The notes under the pieces were generated by a model. The model was not told the DNA's origin, made no database searches, and worked only from the letters and a program-made list of their open reading frames with translations. A stretch of 64,000 nt of DNA from Eledone cirrhosa. Taxonomy: Eukaryota. Positions 29,187 through 43,420 of this stretch are shown piece by piece. The position numbers and the translations under genes are program-made. The stretch is taken from positions 19,406,001 to 19,470,000 of the forward strand of contig OZ024752.1 of the NCBI GenBank assembly GCA_964016885.1, given 5' to 3'. Position 1 is the first letter of the stretch, and every line of letters begins with the position of its first letter.

Positions 29187-29470
29187 ATACTTGGGGAGGG
29201 TCATATTGTAATAATATTGCCAAAAATATATCAGAACACAGTCACTGTTTGGTTGGTTTTCGCTTCTGTATCTTTTATATCTCCATAGTTAATTTATTTG
29301 GCAATCAACGTTTATCATTGATTGACCAACGGTTAAAAATACAGATATGAATACATATATATAGTCTAACAAAGTTCTTTCGTTGCACATCTGTAACATC
29401 ATCAGTGGTACTATTATCATGTTTCCCCCTACTGTATTGTATTGTAATGTCTACGCCATTTTTATTTTAT
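29180..29470 (-). mobile_element. Pseudo-LTR-like repeat family C with a variant hammerhead core
   Basis: Copies at about 33036-33200, 33510-33800, 52806-53330 and inverted 53335-53640; minus strand cca-CTGATGA-t-gtcgca..tgcgac-GAAA-gaactt-tgata (composite of copies). Confidence 0.65.
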
Positions 29471-29711
29471 ACTGACTTAAGAGAAATATAAATAAATAAA
29501 TAAAATAAATAAATATATACACAAGCACAATAACAACAAACACATATAAACACACACTAATAAACTAAGATAAAATACAATAACCAAAACACATAGACAA
29601 AGACAAAAATAAATAAATAAATAGATAAAATAAAAAAATAAAAATAAAGAAACACGTATGTGAAAATTATTTTTTCTTCCCCTCTCTATATATTTTTTTG
29701 TTATCATTATT

Positions 29712-30166
29712 TTGGCAGTATCAGTAGAGGGTCGGACGCCATGCTTTCCAGCATAGTTACGTCCCTTTACGATCTGAGTTCAAATCCCGCCGAGGTTGAC
29801 TTTGCCTTTCATCCTTACGGGGTCGATAAAATAAAATACCAGTAATGCACTGGGTAATTGCTGGCCTTGTGCCTAAAGTAGAAACAATTATTTTCGCTAT
29901 TTCTACAAATATGCAACTTAACAATATTCTGCATATCCGCAATTGACAATGCATTTAATGCTGAAACCGGTATTGTAAATAAATTAATTGTTTCTATTTT
30001 AGGCACAAGGCCAGCAATTACCCAGTACATTACTGGTACTTTATTTTATCGACCCCGTAAGGATGAAAGGCAAAGTCAACCTCGGCGGGATTTGAACTCA
30101 GATCGTAAAGGGACGTAACTATGCTGGAAGGCATGGCGTCCGACCCTCTACCGATACTGCCAATCC
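29712..30166. mobile_element. Two near-identical family-1 SINEs in inverted, tail-to-tail orientation
   Basis: 29712-29890 (+) and 29985-30166 (-). Confidence 0.92.
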
Positions 30167-30560
30167 TAATGCTATGAAATTTCACTAAAAAAATCCTCTT
30201 CAACATTTTCTATTGAAAACAATCTTTTTCCTTTCTAGCATTTGTTTGTATATATATCAACTCGTGTGCTACCTTTCTACATTCGATATATATATAGGAA
30301 AAGATTCAGGACCCCGACGGCTAAACTCCGGCCGTTTCGACAGCTAGAACCAAACTAAGCCATCACTGGTGGCTTAGTTCGGATCTAGATTTTTACATAA
30401 ACCTCATTCGGATCTAACTTTTTACATAAACCTCATTTGCATACCCATCTTAATAATTTGAAATATCTGACTTTTCTCTTCCCTTCACTATCCAGGGATA
30501 ACTTGAACCGTTAAGGTATATTATCCTTGGTTTTGTCAAAATTTAAAATAACACACTTCG

Positions 30561-30622
30561 TATTTTATCTGATGATAGCGTAACAAAATTTGTGGTACCC
30601 TTGAAATATATATAATAGAATA
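30561..30622 (+). ncRNA. Hammerhead motif in a solo copy of the PLE-1 pseudo-LTR
   Basis: tattttat-CTGATGA...GAAA-tatatat-A-atagaata; 8-bp stem I; stem II decayed. Confidence 0.65.
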
Positions 30623-30694
30623 AATATGGTTTTATAAATATAGTTTCCATTTATTTAATATCATTGTATATCATTATCTATAAAAAGCACCACA

Positions 30695-30826
30695 GTTACG
30701 TCCCTTTACGGACTGAGTTCAAATCCCGCCGAGGTTAACTTTGCCTTTCATCCTTACGGGGTCGATAAAATAAAGTACCAGTAATACACTGGGATAATTG
30801 CTGGCCTTGTGCCAAAAGTAGAAACA
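30695..30826 (+). mobile_element. Family-1 SINE, 5'-truncated
   Basis: B box and core; ATTATCTATAAAA duplicated at 30673-30685 and 30827-30839. Confidence 0.85.
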
Positions 30827-31539
30827 ATTATCTATAAAAGGCAGATTGTTGTTGTTGTGTGTGTGCATGTTCCATGTTTATACAATTTCAAACCGATTCG
30901 ACTCAAAGTCTGTAAGAATGTTGTAAATGGTCTAACTTAGGTCAACGACTATTTATTTATTTCCAACTCACCCACAATTACGGAAATAATCGATAAAACT
31001 AAATACATGACGCTTTACCCCTCTAATACAATCTGATTTTTTCTCTCTACTCCCCTTAAAATTCGATAACACTACATACATGCTGCAACTTTCTCTTATA
31101 TACGCTTAAACCCCCTCCTTACAAACTTCCTTTAGGAACTCGGAAGAAAGAAGAGAGAAAGAAATGAAGGAGACAAAGAGAGAAGAGAGTAAGAGAGAGA
31201 GAGAGAAGAGAGTGAGAGAGAGAGAGAACGTTTGTTTTTGAGTGTGGAACGGTCAAACATTTATTTACTTCAATAACAACGAAGAGAACCTATTACATTT
31301 CATACCAAACAACAATTATTCAAAAGCAACAGATAAATTTATTCAACAACAAAAAAAATAGCGTTAAATCTTTTTTAAAACATCTCTCAACGAACGTTGA
31401 AGAAAGAAGTATCAGTTTATTTAATATACACAATAATATCCTCTATGAGGTCACTAAACCTGCTAGAAACAGCAGCTAACTCTCCCCCATATCACATCCC
31501 TCCCTACTGTCTTAAATTTAGAAAACACACATTAGACAA

Positions 31540-31802
31540 CCATGCAGAACAACTCCATCGCAGCTCTGTTGTTCGCCTGGCATCGTCTACGCGCAATAAA
31601 TTTCAACACTTCTTTGCACAGAGGTAATATCCATAGGCGAAACTACAATTGTTACTGCTGGCGCAGCTCCTGCTTCGGCAGTCCAGGTCTGCAATTCATT
31701 CACCCAGTGCCTGGCAGACAAAAAAGTGTTGCCATAAAATGGGTGGTGCAACCTAACTTTGGTAACTTACTGACCTCGAGCAACGCCGGGCTTTAATGCT
31801 AG
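31540..31802 (+). mobile_element. Possible non-autonomous Helitron 3' end
   Basis: Subterminal GC-rich hairpin-like CCTCGAGCAACGCCGGG followed by CTAG|T; the 5' boundary is a guess. Confidence 0.45.
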
Positions 31803-31815
31803 TATATATATATAT

Positions 31816-31973
31816 AGAAGCCTCATCTGAACACCTGACATGCTAGAAATAAGCAGCCGAATTTCCTCAAATCCTACCCTATCGTCACTCAAAAAGGAAG
31901 AACAACGTAGCCCGAGATATAAAAAAGTGATACATAAATATATCAGTAAAAAAAATGAAATAAACAGTAAAGA

Positions 31974-32053
<80 letters not shown>

Positions 32054-32211
32054 TCTTTACTGTTTATTTCATTTTTTTTTACTGATATATTTATGTATCA
32101 CTTTTTTATATCTCGGGCTACGTTGTTCTTCCTTTTTGAGTGACGATAGGGTAGGATTTGAGGAAATTCGGCTGCTTATTTCTAACATGTCAGGTGTTCA
32201 GATGAGGCTTC
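31816..32211. repeat. About 160-bp near-perfect inverted repeat centred on (TA)n
   Basis: 31816-31976 is the reverse complement of about 32051-32211. Confidence 0.92.
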
Positions 32212-32494
32212 TTTGTTAAAACGAGCGACCACGTACAGAAGAGGTGAAGAATCCCTCATTCAAAAGCAAAATTTTGCTCGCGTACAAAATTGAATTCGTA
32301 CCAAGGAAATCTCGAAACCCCGAATAAAAATATTTGTTTAAGCCTTAAGACCAAAGTAATTATAAACCATAATAATATGACACGTGATTTTATTTTTTGT
32401 ATATATATAAATATATATATATATATATTGTCCTCTAAAATGTATACATACTTCAACGGCATTCTAATAAAAGTGTGTATACATGTTTTGGAAC

Positions 32495-32564
<70 letters not shown>

Positions 32565-32566
<2 letters not shown>

Positions 32567-32568
32567 CA

Positions 32569-32610
<42 letters not shown>

Positions 32611-32955
32611 CAAAGGGATATTTAATTTGTTGGTAATTTAACAAATATATATATTTATAACTGATCCGAAGCACTCGACAGATTTTCTTGAGTATAATAT
32701 CAATGATATTAATAAATGGAAACTATATTTATAAAACCATATTTAGTCTATTATATATATTTCATGGGTACCAAAACTTTGGTACGCACTCATCAGATAA
32801 AATACAAAGTTTGTTTTATCCAGGTAAAACTTGAACTGTTAAGATCTCGTTCCTGGATATGTCAATATTTATATGACAAACTTTGTATTTTATCTGATGA
32901 GAGCGTACCAAAGTTTTGGTACCCATGAAATATAGTTTCCATTTATTAATATCAT

Positions 32956-32960
<5 letters not shown>
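32565..32960. mobile_element. PLE-1 pseudo-LTR fragment with internal inversion and two hammerhead cores
   Basis: Matches about 1305-1570; CTGATGA core on - at 32744-32804 and on + from about 32887 (this copy lacks stem III/I 3' strand). Confidence 0.8.
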
Positions 32961-32999
<39 letters not shown>

Positions 33000-33203
33000 A
33001 AAATATATTTATAAAAACATATATATATATATATATTGTTATATTTGGGGAGGGTCATTTTGTTATAATATTCCAAGTAATAATAATAAAACATACTGTT
33101 TGGTTTGGATTGGTTTTCGCTTCTGTATTTTTTATATCGCCATAGTTAATTTATTTGGCAATCAATGTTTATCATTGATTGACCAACGGTTAAAAATACA
33201 TAC

Positions 33204-33250
<47 letters not shown>

Positions 33251-33438
33251 AACCAGTAAGACCCCGACAGCTGAGCTCAAGCCGTTTCGACGGCTAATTC
33301 TGGTCTAGAATTAGCCGTCGAAACGGCTTGAGCTCAACTGTCGGGGTCTTACTGGTTCCTATTACCCACTCTACTACCTCAAGTATTGAGTACTTTGGTG
33401 CGTTATGGTCCACCTGGTTCCTTACCACATTTCCTTCG

Positions 33439-33511
<73 letters not shown>

Positions 33512-34714
33512 GTCTATAAAAGTTCTTTCATCACACACCTGTGACATCATCAGTGGTATTTTTATGTTTACACCTGTTGTATTGTAATGACTACTCCATT
33601 TTAATTTAATTAAATTAATTTATTTATTCTTGTCTCTGTTTACGCATGCGTTTGTATGATGTGCTTTCTGTTTGGTGTATGTTCGTGTGTGTGCTTGTAT
33701 TCTATCTTTGTTCTCTAGTGTATGTTTATGTGTGTTTGCTGTTATTGTACCTGTCTATATTTATTTATTTATATTTATCTTAGGTCAGTATTGTGTGTTT
33801 GTGTATGGTTGTTGTTGTTGTTATTCCATTCATTTTTTCTGTTCAACTTCAGTTTTCTTAGTTCTATCTCAGTTGCTTCTCTGATTTGTCTACCTGTTGA
33901 GTCATTTCTATGTTTAGATATTATTTTAATTTCTATGTTGTCTATATTACCGTCATGTTTGGGTCAGAGCAATTCAATTCCGTAGGGTAAGTTTGAATTT
34001 AAATGTATATGTCTGTACTACAACAACGCCATACAAGGTACGTACGATTATCTTGTTCAACCTGTACCGATGAAAAAGAACTGGTTCTTTTTCATCGGTA
34101 CAGGTTGAACAAGTTGGTATGGTAAAATACCAGGTGGACCATAACGCACCAGAGTACTCAATACTTAGGGTAGTAGAATGGGTAATAGGATCCAGCAGTA
34201 ATAGATCTAGCTGCCGAAACGGCCGGAGCTCAGTTGTCGGGGTCCTGACTCTTTCCTATATATATATATATAGTTATGTAATAAACAACATAAGATAATT
34301 ATTTCATTTACCAGTGGTTTCTTGAAGACAGATATTTATGTCTGTCTTCATTCATCAGAAGAAATATTTATTTATGAAATTGTAATATGGATTTGGAAAC
34401 AGAGTATAGGATAAATGATAGTGAGGCTGAAATAAAATAACGGGCAAAAATTGAAGGGAAAAAAAATTAATAAATAAATATCCAAATACATAAACATACA
34501 CAAACTCACGCATATATGTAATAGTACGTAAACATATACATTCACACATAAGTGTATGTGCGTCTGCATGGAAATACAAATACACACATACGCGTGTGAT
34601 ATTTCGCTCACATATGCGCAAACACAAGCGCGCATTCATACACGTACTCAGTATTAACGTATAAAATTATATACACGCACATCTCTCCATACATACATAT
34701 ATAAATATAAATAT

Positions 34715-35583
34715 GTGAAGGTACGTATACTTTCTCGTACGTATATTTGATTGTATATGTTATGGCGTATATTTTATATATTCTGGTACATATGCTTTTG
34801 GTTCTGTGTATACGTGAGTTTTGCGTCTGTGTCAGTATGCGGGTTCGTACGTATGTAGGGTATGTGTATATGTGTACTTCGTGTTTTGGTTGACGTACGT
34901 CTCGGAACATATGTATATTTACATGTAGGTATGTGTGTGTGCTTGTTATATACGTATTTATTTATTTATATACGTTTATTTAATTATTTGTATACACGCA
35001 CACACACACACATATATATATGTGCGTGTATTTGTATACCTATGGCGAGTGTTTTCGCGTATGCTTGTGTATGTACGTATATGGATGCGTGTATGTATTT
35101 ATTTAATTTCAATTACCTCTGTATTTTATTTCCTTTATTCTTAACTCTGAAGCCGAGAATCATTCGGTTTCCTAGTTAGAATTTTAGTCTACGACTTCAG
35201 TTATACCATTTACGTGGTTTTGTCTTTGCGTGCAATTGTTCTCCACTCTCCACATATGACTTATTATCTTCGTTTTTTCTCTATGAACCACCTAAGAGAA
35301 CATTAGTCTACGACTTCTTTTATACCATAAATGTGGTTCTGTCTTTGCGCGTAATTGTTTTTCACCGCTCCTATTAATGACGTATTATATTCGTTTTTCC
35401 CCGTTCTTTGCCAGGGAACGTTTCCACGAACCAAAGTATCGTCTTCCTGTCTTCCTCCGGTTGCAACGTTTTTTTAAATATCCAGTACTGCGTTTACAGA
35501 TTGACTTTGTTAGTTTCAGAAGATCCCGTTAAGTGTGAAAGCAGCGATTCTTTGCTTAAACTTTAATCTGTTATTTTAATAAA
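34715..35583 (+). mobile_element. Solo copy of the PLE-2 3' region / pseudo-LTR
   Basis: Colinear with about 16692-17580. Confidence 0.88.
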
Positions 35584-36521
<938 letters not shown>

Positions 36522-36524
<3 letters not shown>

Positions 36525-39500
36525 TGGTTGTCCATCGTAAACGATGATGACATCTTCTTTATCGTTGTTCCCGTCTGCCGTGGGCACGAAGGTGGCCGTG
36601 AAGGCCGATCCTTGACTTGCAGGTCCGCGGACAGTGGGGGCAGGGAAAGAGACCGGAGTCGCTTGGGGCAGCTGCTGATGCCTTTCTCCTCCTTTCACAG
36701 GCCTCAGTGACCTCTGCCCGTCTCTTCTCTTCAAAAGAGTCTTTGGCGCTCTGGTAAGGGCTCGCCACTCAGTCCTGTCCTGAGCATGGGACTCGAGTTG
36801 TTTGGGGCGATTCCAGTGTTGTTGATGCTGGACTTCACGCAATCTTTGAACCCCTTGAGAGGCCTGTCCTACTTCCGTTTCCCCGAACAGAGTTCCCCAT
36901 ACATCAGTTGCTTCGGAAGCCTGTGATCGTCCATCCGGATGACATGTCCCACCCATTGAAGTCGGCTCTTCAGTATCATAGCTTCGACACTGGTTGTCTC
37001 AGCTATGTCAAGAACTTCGAGGTTGGACACCTTGTCCTGCCATTTGATGTTCATGATTGACCGCAGGCTGTGCATAGAACCGTTCCAGCTGCTTCAGGTG
37101 TCTTCTGTACAGGGTCCATGTCTCACATCCGTAGAAGAGGCTGGTGAGAACAACGGCCCTGTACACCTTGAGCTTGGTGGACTGCCTGATGTTGTGCTGG
37201 TTCAGGACGCGTCTCCTCAGGCGGCTAAGGGCTTGACTGGCCTTGCAGATCCTGGCGTTTATCTCCTTGTCGAGGCTTCCATCGTTGCTGATGACACTGC
37301 CGAGGTACTTGAAGTCGTCCACCGTCTTTAGCTGGGTGCCTCCGATGGAGATGGAAGGAGGGTGGGCGACGGAGGCAGGTGCAGGCTGGAACAGAACCTC
37401 AGTCTTGCCAAGGCTAATTGTGAGACCGAAGAGGCAGGAGGCCTCCCCGAACTTGTTGACGATGACTTGAAGGTCAGACTCCTGTGTGTGTGTGGGCCAT
37501 GAGGGCATAGTCGTCAGCAAAAAGTGCCTCCAGGACGATCCTCTGCACGGTCCTTGTCTTGGCCGTCAGGCACCGCAGGTCAAACAGGGAGCTGTCCAGT
37601 CTGTATCGCAGATACACTCCGTGCTCAAGGTCCCTGACGGCATCATTGAGTACGCAGGTGAAGAAGAGGTTGAAGAGAACGGGAGCAAGCACGCATCCTT
37701 GCTTGACGCCGTTGGTGATTCCGAACGGCTCCGATGACTCTCCGCCCGGGCACACCTGCCCGGTCATGTCGTCATAGAATTGCCGTATCAGGTTCACGAA
37801 CTTGGTCGACCATCCAAACTTCGACAGGATCGACTAGAGGCCCTCCCTGTTGACAGTGTCGAAAGCCTTCGTCAAGTCTATGAAGACGGCAAAGAGGTCC
37901 ATGTTCTGCTCGACACACTTCTCCTGCACCTGGCGTACACAGATCATGTCGATCGTGCTGCGGTTTGGGCGGAACCCACACTGGGCCTCAGGCAGGTTGT
38001 CCTCCGAGATGTTGGCGATGAGGCGGTTGAGCATGACCCGAGCCAGGACCTTCTCAGCGATGGACAGGAGAGAAATGCCCCGATAGTTACCACAGTCAGT
38101 TTTGCTGCCTTTGTTCTTAAAAAGCGAGATAACTGTGGCATACCTGAAGTCTTTGGGCACCTCTTCTTCCTCCCATATGCTGACGAGGAGGGTGTGGAAG
38201 GCCTCCAGGGAAGCTGGACCGGCCGACTTGAAGATCTCGGCAGGAATCCCGTCCTTCCCAGGGGCCTTTCCTGGGCTGGTCTGATTGATTGCTTTCGTGA
38301 CTTCATCCAACGTTGGCTCAAGGCTGCCGACTACGTGTTTCTGTGGGATCTGGTCGAGGGCGACAGGGTCGACAGTGGAGGGTCTGTTGAGCAGGTTGCT
38401 GAAGTGCTCTCTCCACCTCGAGTTGATTCTGCTCTTCTTCGGCCGGGTCGAGCCGTCAGCAGACAGCAGCGGTGTGGTGACAGGCTTGGGGGGTCCGTAG
38501 ACGTCCCCGATGGCGCTGAAGAACATCTTGGAGTTCTTTGTGTCAGCGTATCTCTCAACTTCTTCGGCCTTCTTTTCCCACCACTTGTCCTGCATTCTGC
38601 GTAGCGCTGCTTGGGTCTGCCTCTGGAGGTGCTTGAAGCGGTCGCGCTTCGAGGTGGAGGAGCTGTCATTCTGCCACTCAATGAAAGCCATCCTCTTCCC
38701 GTCCAGGAGTTGTCTGATGCGCTCATCGTTTTTCATCAAACCAGTCCTGGTGGACTCTCTTCCTCGGTCCGATGGTTGCCTTGGCTGACACTGTCCAACG
38801 ACCTGAACTGGTCCCACTGTTGAGTTGGGGGTCCGGTCAGTGGTCATGGGCAGTCAGCCGGCCGTCCAGGTCTTCCGCGAACGCATCACGATGCTCTGGC
38901 TGCTTGAGTCGTGCGACGTCGAAAGCTGGTCTACAGACTTGCGATACATCGGGGTGATGTGCAGTGACAGGATGGTCCTGACAAGGCGATGGTCGGTCCA
39001 ACGCTCTGTACCTCACATGGCCCTGGTGATTCTGACGTCACAGATGTCCCTCCTTCGGCATATGGCAAAGTCAATCAGATGCCACTGTTTGGATCTGGGG
39101 TGCATCCATGTCGTCTTGAACTTGTCTGCCTGGAAGAACAGTGTGCTGGTGATGGTGAGGTCGTTCTCGGCGCAGAAACTCAACAGTATGAGGCCGTTAG
39201 AGTTCAGCTACCCTGAGTCGTGAGGTCCCAGCACGCCTCTCCAGTTGCTGTGTCAGACCTGACCCTTGCGTTGAAATCCCCCAGTAGGATGAGTTTATCG
39301 CTTGGGGGACGCCCTTCACGAATGCGTTGAGTTCTCCGTAGAAAGCGTCCTTTGCTTCATCGCTGCTGGTGAGAGTGGGAGCGTACGCGCTGATGACTGG
39401 CCTCAATGAGGTTTCTCTATCCATGAGGGTGCGCACATTCCATGCGCCAAGAATCAAGTTCTTCTTTCTATTATGTTGGTTTCGACCGCCAGCCGCGGTA

Positions 39501-40278
39501 GACTGGCCGGCTTTGTGTGGGACGAGCATTTGGTTAGGGCTTCTTTTATCGTCCCTCCCCTCGTGCGAGGGTGAGCAGTGCTCCCCTGAAAAGGGCTGCT
39601 CAGTCGCCCGGTGAAACGCCTGATCTCCTGTGTCATCCCAGGGTCAGGAGGAGAACGACTTGCGCATCTAGGCCGCCCACGTGTGGATTTGAGACTGGCA
39701 ACTCCCAGAGGTTACCTCCACCTGTTACCTCCGCCTCTCGCCCATCGCCGCAGGGCTTTGGGAGTGCACGCTAAAGAAGAAACCTGTGCGGGAAAGGTTT
39801 ATAGTGGGAGGGCCAGTGCACAGTGACGGTCCCACTCACTCGGCCGCAGAAGCCAGAATCCGGTGGTATGGAGGACCGTCACGACCAGGGACTTCCTCGG
39901 CTGCAGTGGATGGCCACGATGTCTGTAGTGCCTTGCCGTGCCCTAGCGCTCCACACCGCTTGCTGTCGCCGCCTTCCTGACTGTTGGGACGACGTTGTCC
40001 TCCCCCACTCATACCGCCGGGTCCAGTCTTCGCATGCATGGGGAGGCATCCCCTATCTAACTCACCGGGGGGTTTCAAGCCCGTCCGGCTACCCTCAACC
40101 TGGTTCAGCCCGCCAGCCAAGGCGGTGTACCGGGGTGTGGCCGCTGTCGCATGCTACAGCTTCTTGGGGCCACAGGTGAGAGCTGAGTGTCAGGTGGGAT
40201 TCAATGCGGGACGAGCTGTCCTGAAAAAGGCATGGCTAGCCCCCATACAGAGGTACATGCCCCTCCCTGGCACCCCAG
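36522..40278 (-). mobile_element. Near full-length, degenerate RTE (BovB-like/RTE-clade) LINE with 5' UTR
   Basis: APE: LGAWNVRTL, VISAYAPT; RT: KAPGKDG, NYRGISLLS, QCGFR, FIDLTKAFDTV, GVKQGCVLAP, LFADD, FKYLGS; C-terminal C2H2 CPHC...H...H; internal APE deletion and several frameshifts. Confidence 0.95.
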
Positions 40279-40589
40279 GTATATACACACGTATATACAT
40301 ACACATACATATGTACATGTGTATATACATATTTACGCATTTTTTGATGGCCGTTGACTCTTATCAGTTCTTCCGCCCTTTGTCAGGTTTTGCTTTTTGT
40401 CCTGCGGGGTGTCCAAAAACACCCTCCTCACCAAGTAAAGTTGGTGGGGTTGCCAGTTTAGTCGCTGACGACCCGACCATGTGAGAGGTTGTACCGGTTT
40501 ACATGTTACCAGTAGCACTCAAGAGTGACCTGACACATATATACATATACACATACATACACACATACACATATATCTTTACACATACA

Positions 40590-40650
<61 letters not shown>

Positions 40651-40918
40651 AAACATGTCTATAGAATCACCAGATAAAATATATACCATTTCCTCTCCCA
40701 ATTAGTATAATCAACTATATAAAAAATCGAATAGACCAGGCTATAAGAATAAGGCTTCTATGAAGAAATCCCCAACAAATACCCGAAACTAGCCCTTCGC
40801 GTAGGCTGCGACGGAATATTTATTGAATATTTCGACAGCGTAATCGCCCAGATATACAGTTAATTAAACAGAATTAGGTGTAAAATAAACTAGGAGAAAA
40901 GAGAATACATTTATTTAC

Positions 40919-40991
40919 CTCTACCATGGTTTCGTCCGCATTTTGATATTTCCAATATATTCGGAAATTCGAGCATCGGACTCTTCAGGAG
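40919..40991 (-). ncRNA. Type I hammerhead ribozyme (family H1, GUA variant)
   Basis: Reverse complement of 41452-41524. Confidence 0.82.
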
Positions 40992-41451
40992 TTTGCTCTA
41001 ATCTAACCATTAAATTTTCCAAAATGATCGCGCCGAAAATACATTCAAAATGGCTAAGAATCATGCCGTAGGAGCGGACAGGTTGGAAGGGGTGTGGTAG
41101 TTGCTTACGGCTGGTGGCTATTTGCTAGAAAGCACAGCACAAGACATGTTTTATGATATATAGCTCTGATTATTTAATTTATTAACTTTTCATTGACCCA
41201 CAATGTGACCCGTTGAAAAACACGTATATGTATATATATATATATGTAAACCTTTATATCTAATAATCTCCCATTAGGTTGAGATACAAATTTGGCTGTA
41301 TTGTGCTGTGCTTTCTAGCAAATAGCCACCAGCCGTAAGCAACTACCACACCCCTTCCAACCTGTCCGCTCCTACGGCATGATTCTTAGCCATTTTGAAT
41401 GTATTCTCGGCGCGATCACTTTGGAAAATTTAATGTCTAGATTAGAGCAAA

Positions 41452-41524
41452 CTCCTGAAGAGTCCGATGCTCGAATTTCCGAATATATTGGAAATATCAA
41501 AATGCGGACGAAACCATGGTAGAG
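41452..41524 (+). ncRNA. Type I hammerhead ribozyme (family H1, GUA variant)
   Basis: ctc-CTGAAGA-gtccg...cggac-GAAA-ccatgg-TA-gag. Confidence 0.82.
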
Positions 41525-41721
41525 GTAAATAAATGTATTCTCTTTTCTCCTAGTTTATTTTACACCTAATTCTGTTTAATTAACTGTATATCTGGGCGAT
41601 TACGCTGTCGAAATATTCAATAAATATTCCGGCGCAGCCTACGCGAAGGGCTAGTTTCGGGTATTTGTTGGGGATTTCTTCATAGAAGCCTTATTCTTAT
41701 AGCCTGGTCTATTCGATTTTT

Positions 41722-42067
41722 TATATTATGTTATACTAAAGATTGCTAAACAATATCTCATAAATGGTGCTAACGTGGCTTTCTCTGGTATATTATGTTA
41801 TACTAAAGATTGCTAAACAATATCTCATAAATGGTGCTAACGTGGCTTTCTCTGGTATATTATGTTATACTAAAGATTACTAAACAAGATCTCATAAATG
41901 GTGCTAACGTGGCTTTCTCTGGTATATTATGTTATACTAAAGATTGCTAAACAATATCTCATAAATGGTGCTAACGTGGCTTTCTCTGGTATATTATGTT
42001 ATACTAAAGATTGCTAAACAATATCTCATAAATGGTGCTAACGTGGCTTTCTCTGGTATATTATGTT
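41722..42067. repeat. 67-bp tandem repeat, 5 near-identical copies
   Basis: TATATTATGTTATACTAAAGATTGC period 67. Confidence 0.95.
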
Positions 42068-42215
42068 ACGTCCCTTTACATTCTGAGTTCAAATCCCACC
42101 GAGGTTAACTTTGCCTTTGATCCTTACCAGTAATGTACTGGTGACAAAAGTATGAACTATTATGTTATATTAACAAATGTTAAATGAATTTATAATATTA
42201 TAAGGATTTCTAATT

Positions 42216-42441
42216 TCAGCACTGTTGGGCTGCCGAAAGGGAACTGCCGGAAACGGAAGGCCGAGTGACGTCACACGAGGTTTCAGGGTCTATTGACTGC
42301 TTCTTTTCCTCTCGGGACATTTTCGAGTGCGGTCGTGTTGTGCTAACGTGAATGAGAGAGCTTCCGGTATCCTCAGTTGGATGTAAGTCACGTGGACTGT
42401 GGACGATTCGGTCGGGAGTAAATAAAAGACGCAAGGTAAGA
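42216..42441 (+). promoter_or_regulatory. Candidate CpG-rich host promoter and non-coding first exon
   Basis: ETS sites CCGGAA 42247-42252, CGGAAG 42254-42259 and CTTCCGG 42361-42367; palindromic CRE GTGACGTCAC 42265-42274; E-box TCACGTG 42388-42394; donor AAG|GTAAGA at 42435/42436. Confidence 0.6.
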
Positions 42442-42459
42442 CCGATCTCTTGAGATCAC

Positions 42460-42662
42460 AGGTACATGGCCAACAATTTTGGAGAAAGGGGAAAGTCGAT
42501 TAACTTGATCCCAGGGCATTACTTGTACTTTATTTTATCGACCCCATAAGGATGAAAGGCAAAGCTAACCTCGGCGGGATTTGTAATCAGAACGTAAAGG
42601 GTGGTAACTATATGCCATAAAGCATGTTGTCCGACGCTCTACCGATACTGCCAATCCACCGT
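42460..42662 (-). mobile_element. Family-1 SINE
   Basis: Core and head match other copies. Confidence 0.85.
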
Positions 42663-42688
42663 CCTACATTTATGTTATAATATACCAA

Positions 42689-43038
42689 GGCGCAAGACTT
42701 AGTGGTTAGAACATCGGTCTTACAATCGTGAGGTTGTGAGTTCGATTTTCGGACCGGGTGATGCGTTGTGTTCTTGGGCAAGACACTTTATTCCACGTTG
42801 CTCCAGTTTACTCAGCTGTAGAAATGAGTTGCGATGTCACTGGTGCCAAGCTGTATCGGCCATTGTCTTTCCCTTGGACAACATCGGTGGCGTGGAGAGG
42901 GGTGGCTGGTATGCATGGGTTACTGTTGGTCTTCAACAAACAACCTTGCCCAGACTTGTGCCTCGGAGGGGAACTTTCTAGGTGTAAATCCCATGGGCAT
43001 TCGTAACCGAAGGGGGTCTGTACCCTTTACCCTTTACC
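42689..43038 (+). mobile_element. tRNA-derived CORE-type SINE (family 2)
   Basis: A-box-like TTAGTGGTTAG, B box GAGTTCGATT, CORE-like TGTGTTCTTGGGCAAGACACTT...CAGTTTACTCAGCTGTAGAAATGAG, (CCCTTTA)n tail. Confidence 0.8.
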
Positions 43039-43352
43039 ATATTATAATAACAATTGAGAATGCAACGAGCAGAAGATGATATCAGATATTCTACCTTGTG
43101 TGGCTCTTTCCTCGGTGGTGATGGCCACGTCTTGATTTGGCAGAGGAAAAAGGCAGTTTGGGGATGTAGGGCACCCGAGATGTTAATGGTGACAGGCACA
43201 AAAAGTAAAACGGTCAGTCAATGCCTGGTATTTACTCAACTCTACCCTGTTTCCACCATGTCCTAGAAGGAGTTGAAAGTCGTCGTTAAATTCTTGGGTT
43301 TTCTGTTGCTAAAGACTTTTGTTGAACGTAGTTCAGTTTTCACGCAACCACT

Positions 43353-43420
43353 ATGGAATGTGTCGGAATAATAAGAATATCGCAACTACTCACCAAACAA
43401 CATAGACAATCATCATACAG
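43353..43420 (+). other. Possible short first coding exon (MECVGIIRISQLLTKQHRQSSY..) ending at a consensus donor
   Basis: ATG at 43353, open to CAG|GTAAGT at 43420/43421; lies 0.9 kb downstream of the candidate promoter; no homology recognised. Confidence 0.25.

Larger units (their letters stand above)
40630..41722. mobile_element. Family H1 second locus: inverted pair of hammerhead monomer fragments
   Basis: Minus arm 40630-41142 and plus arm 41143-41722; about 40720-41142 pairs with 41300-41722. Confidence 0.88.
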
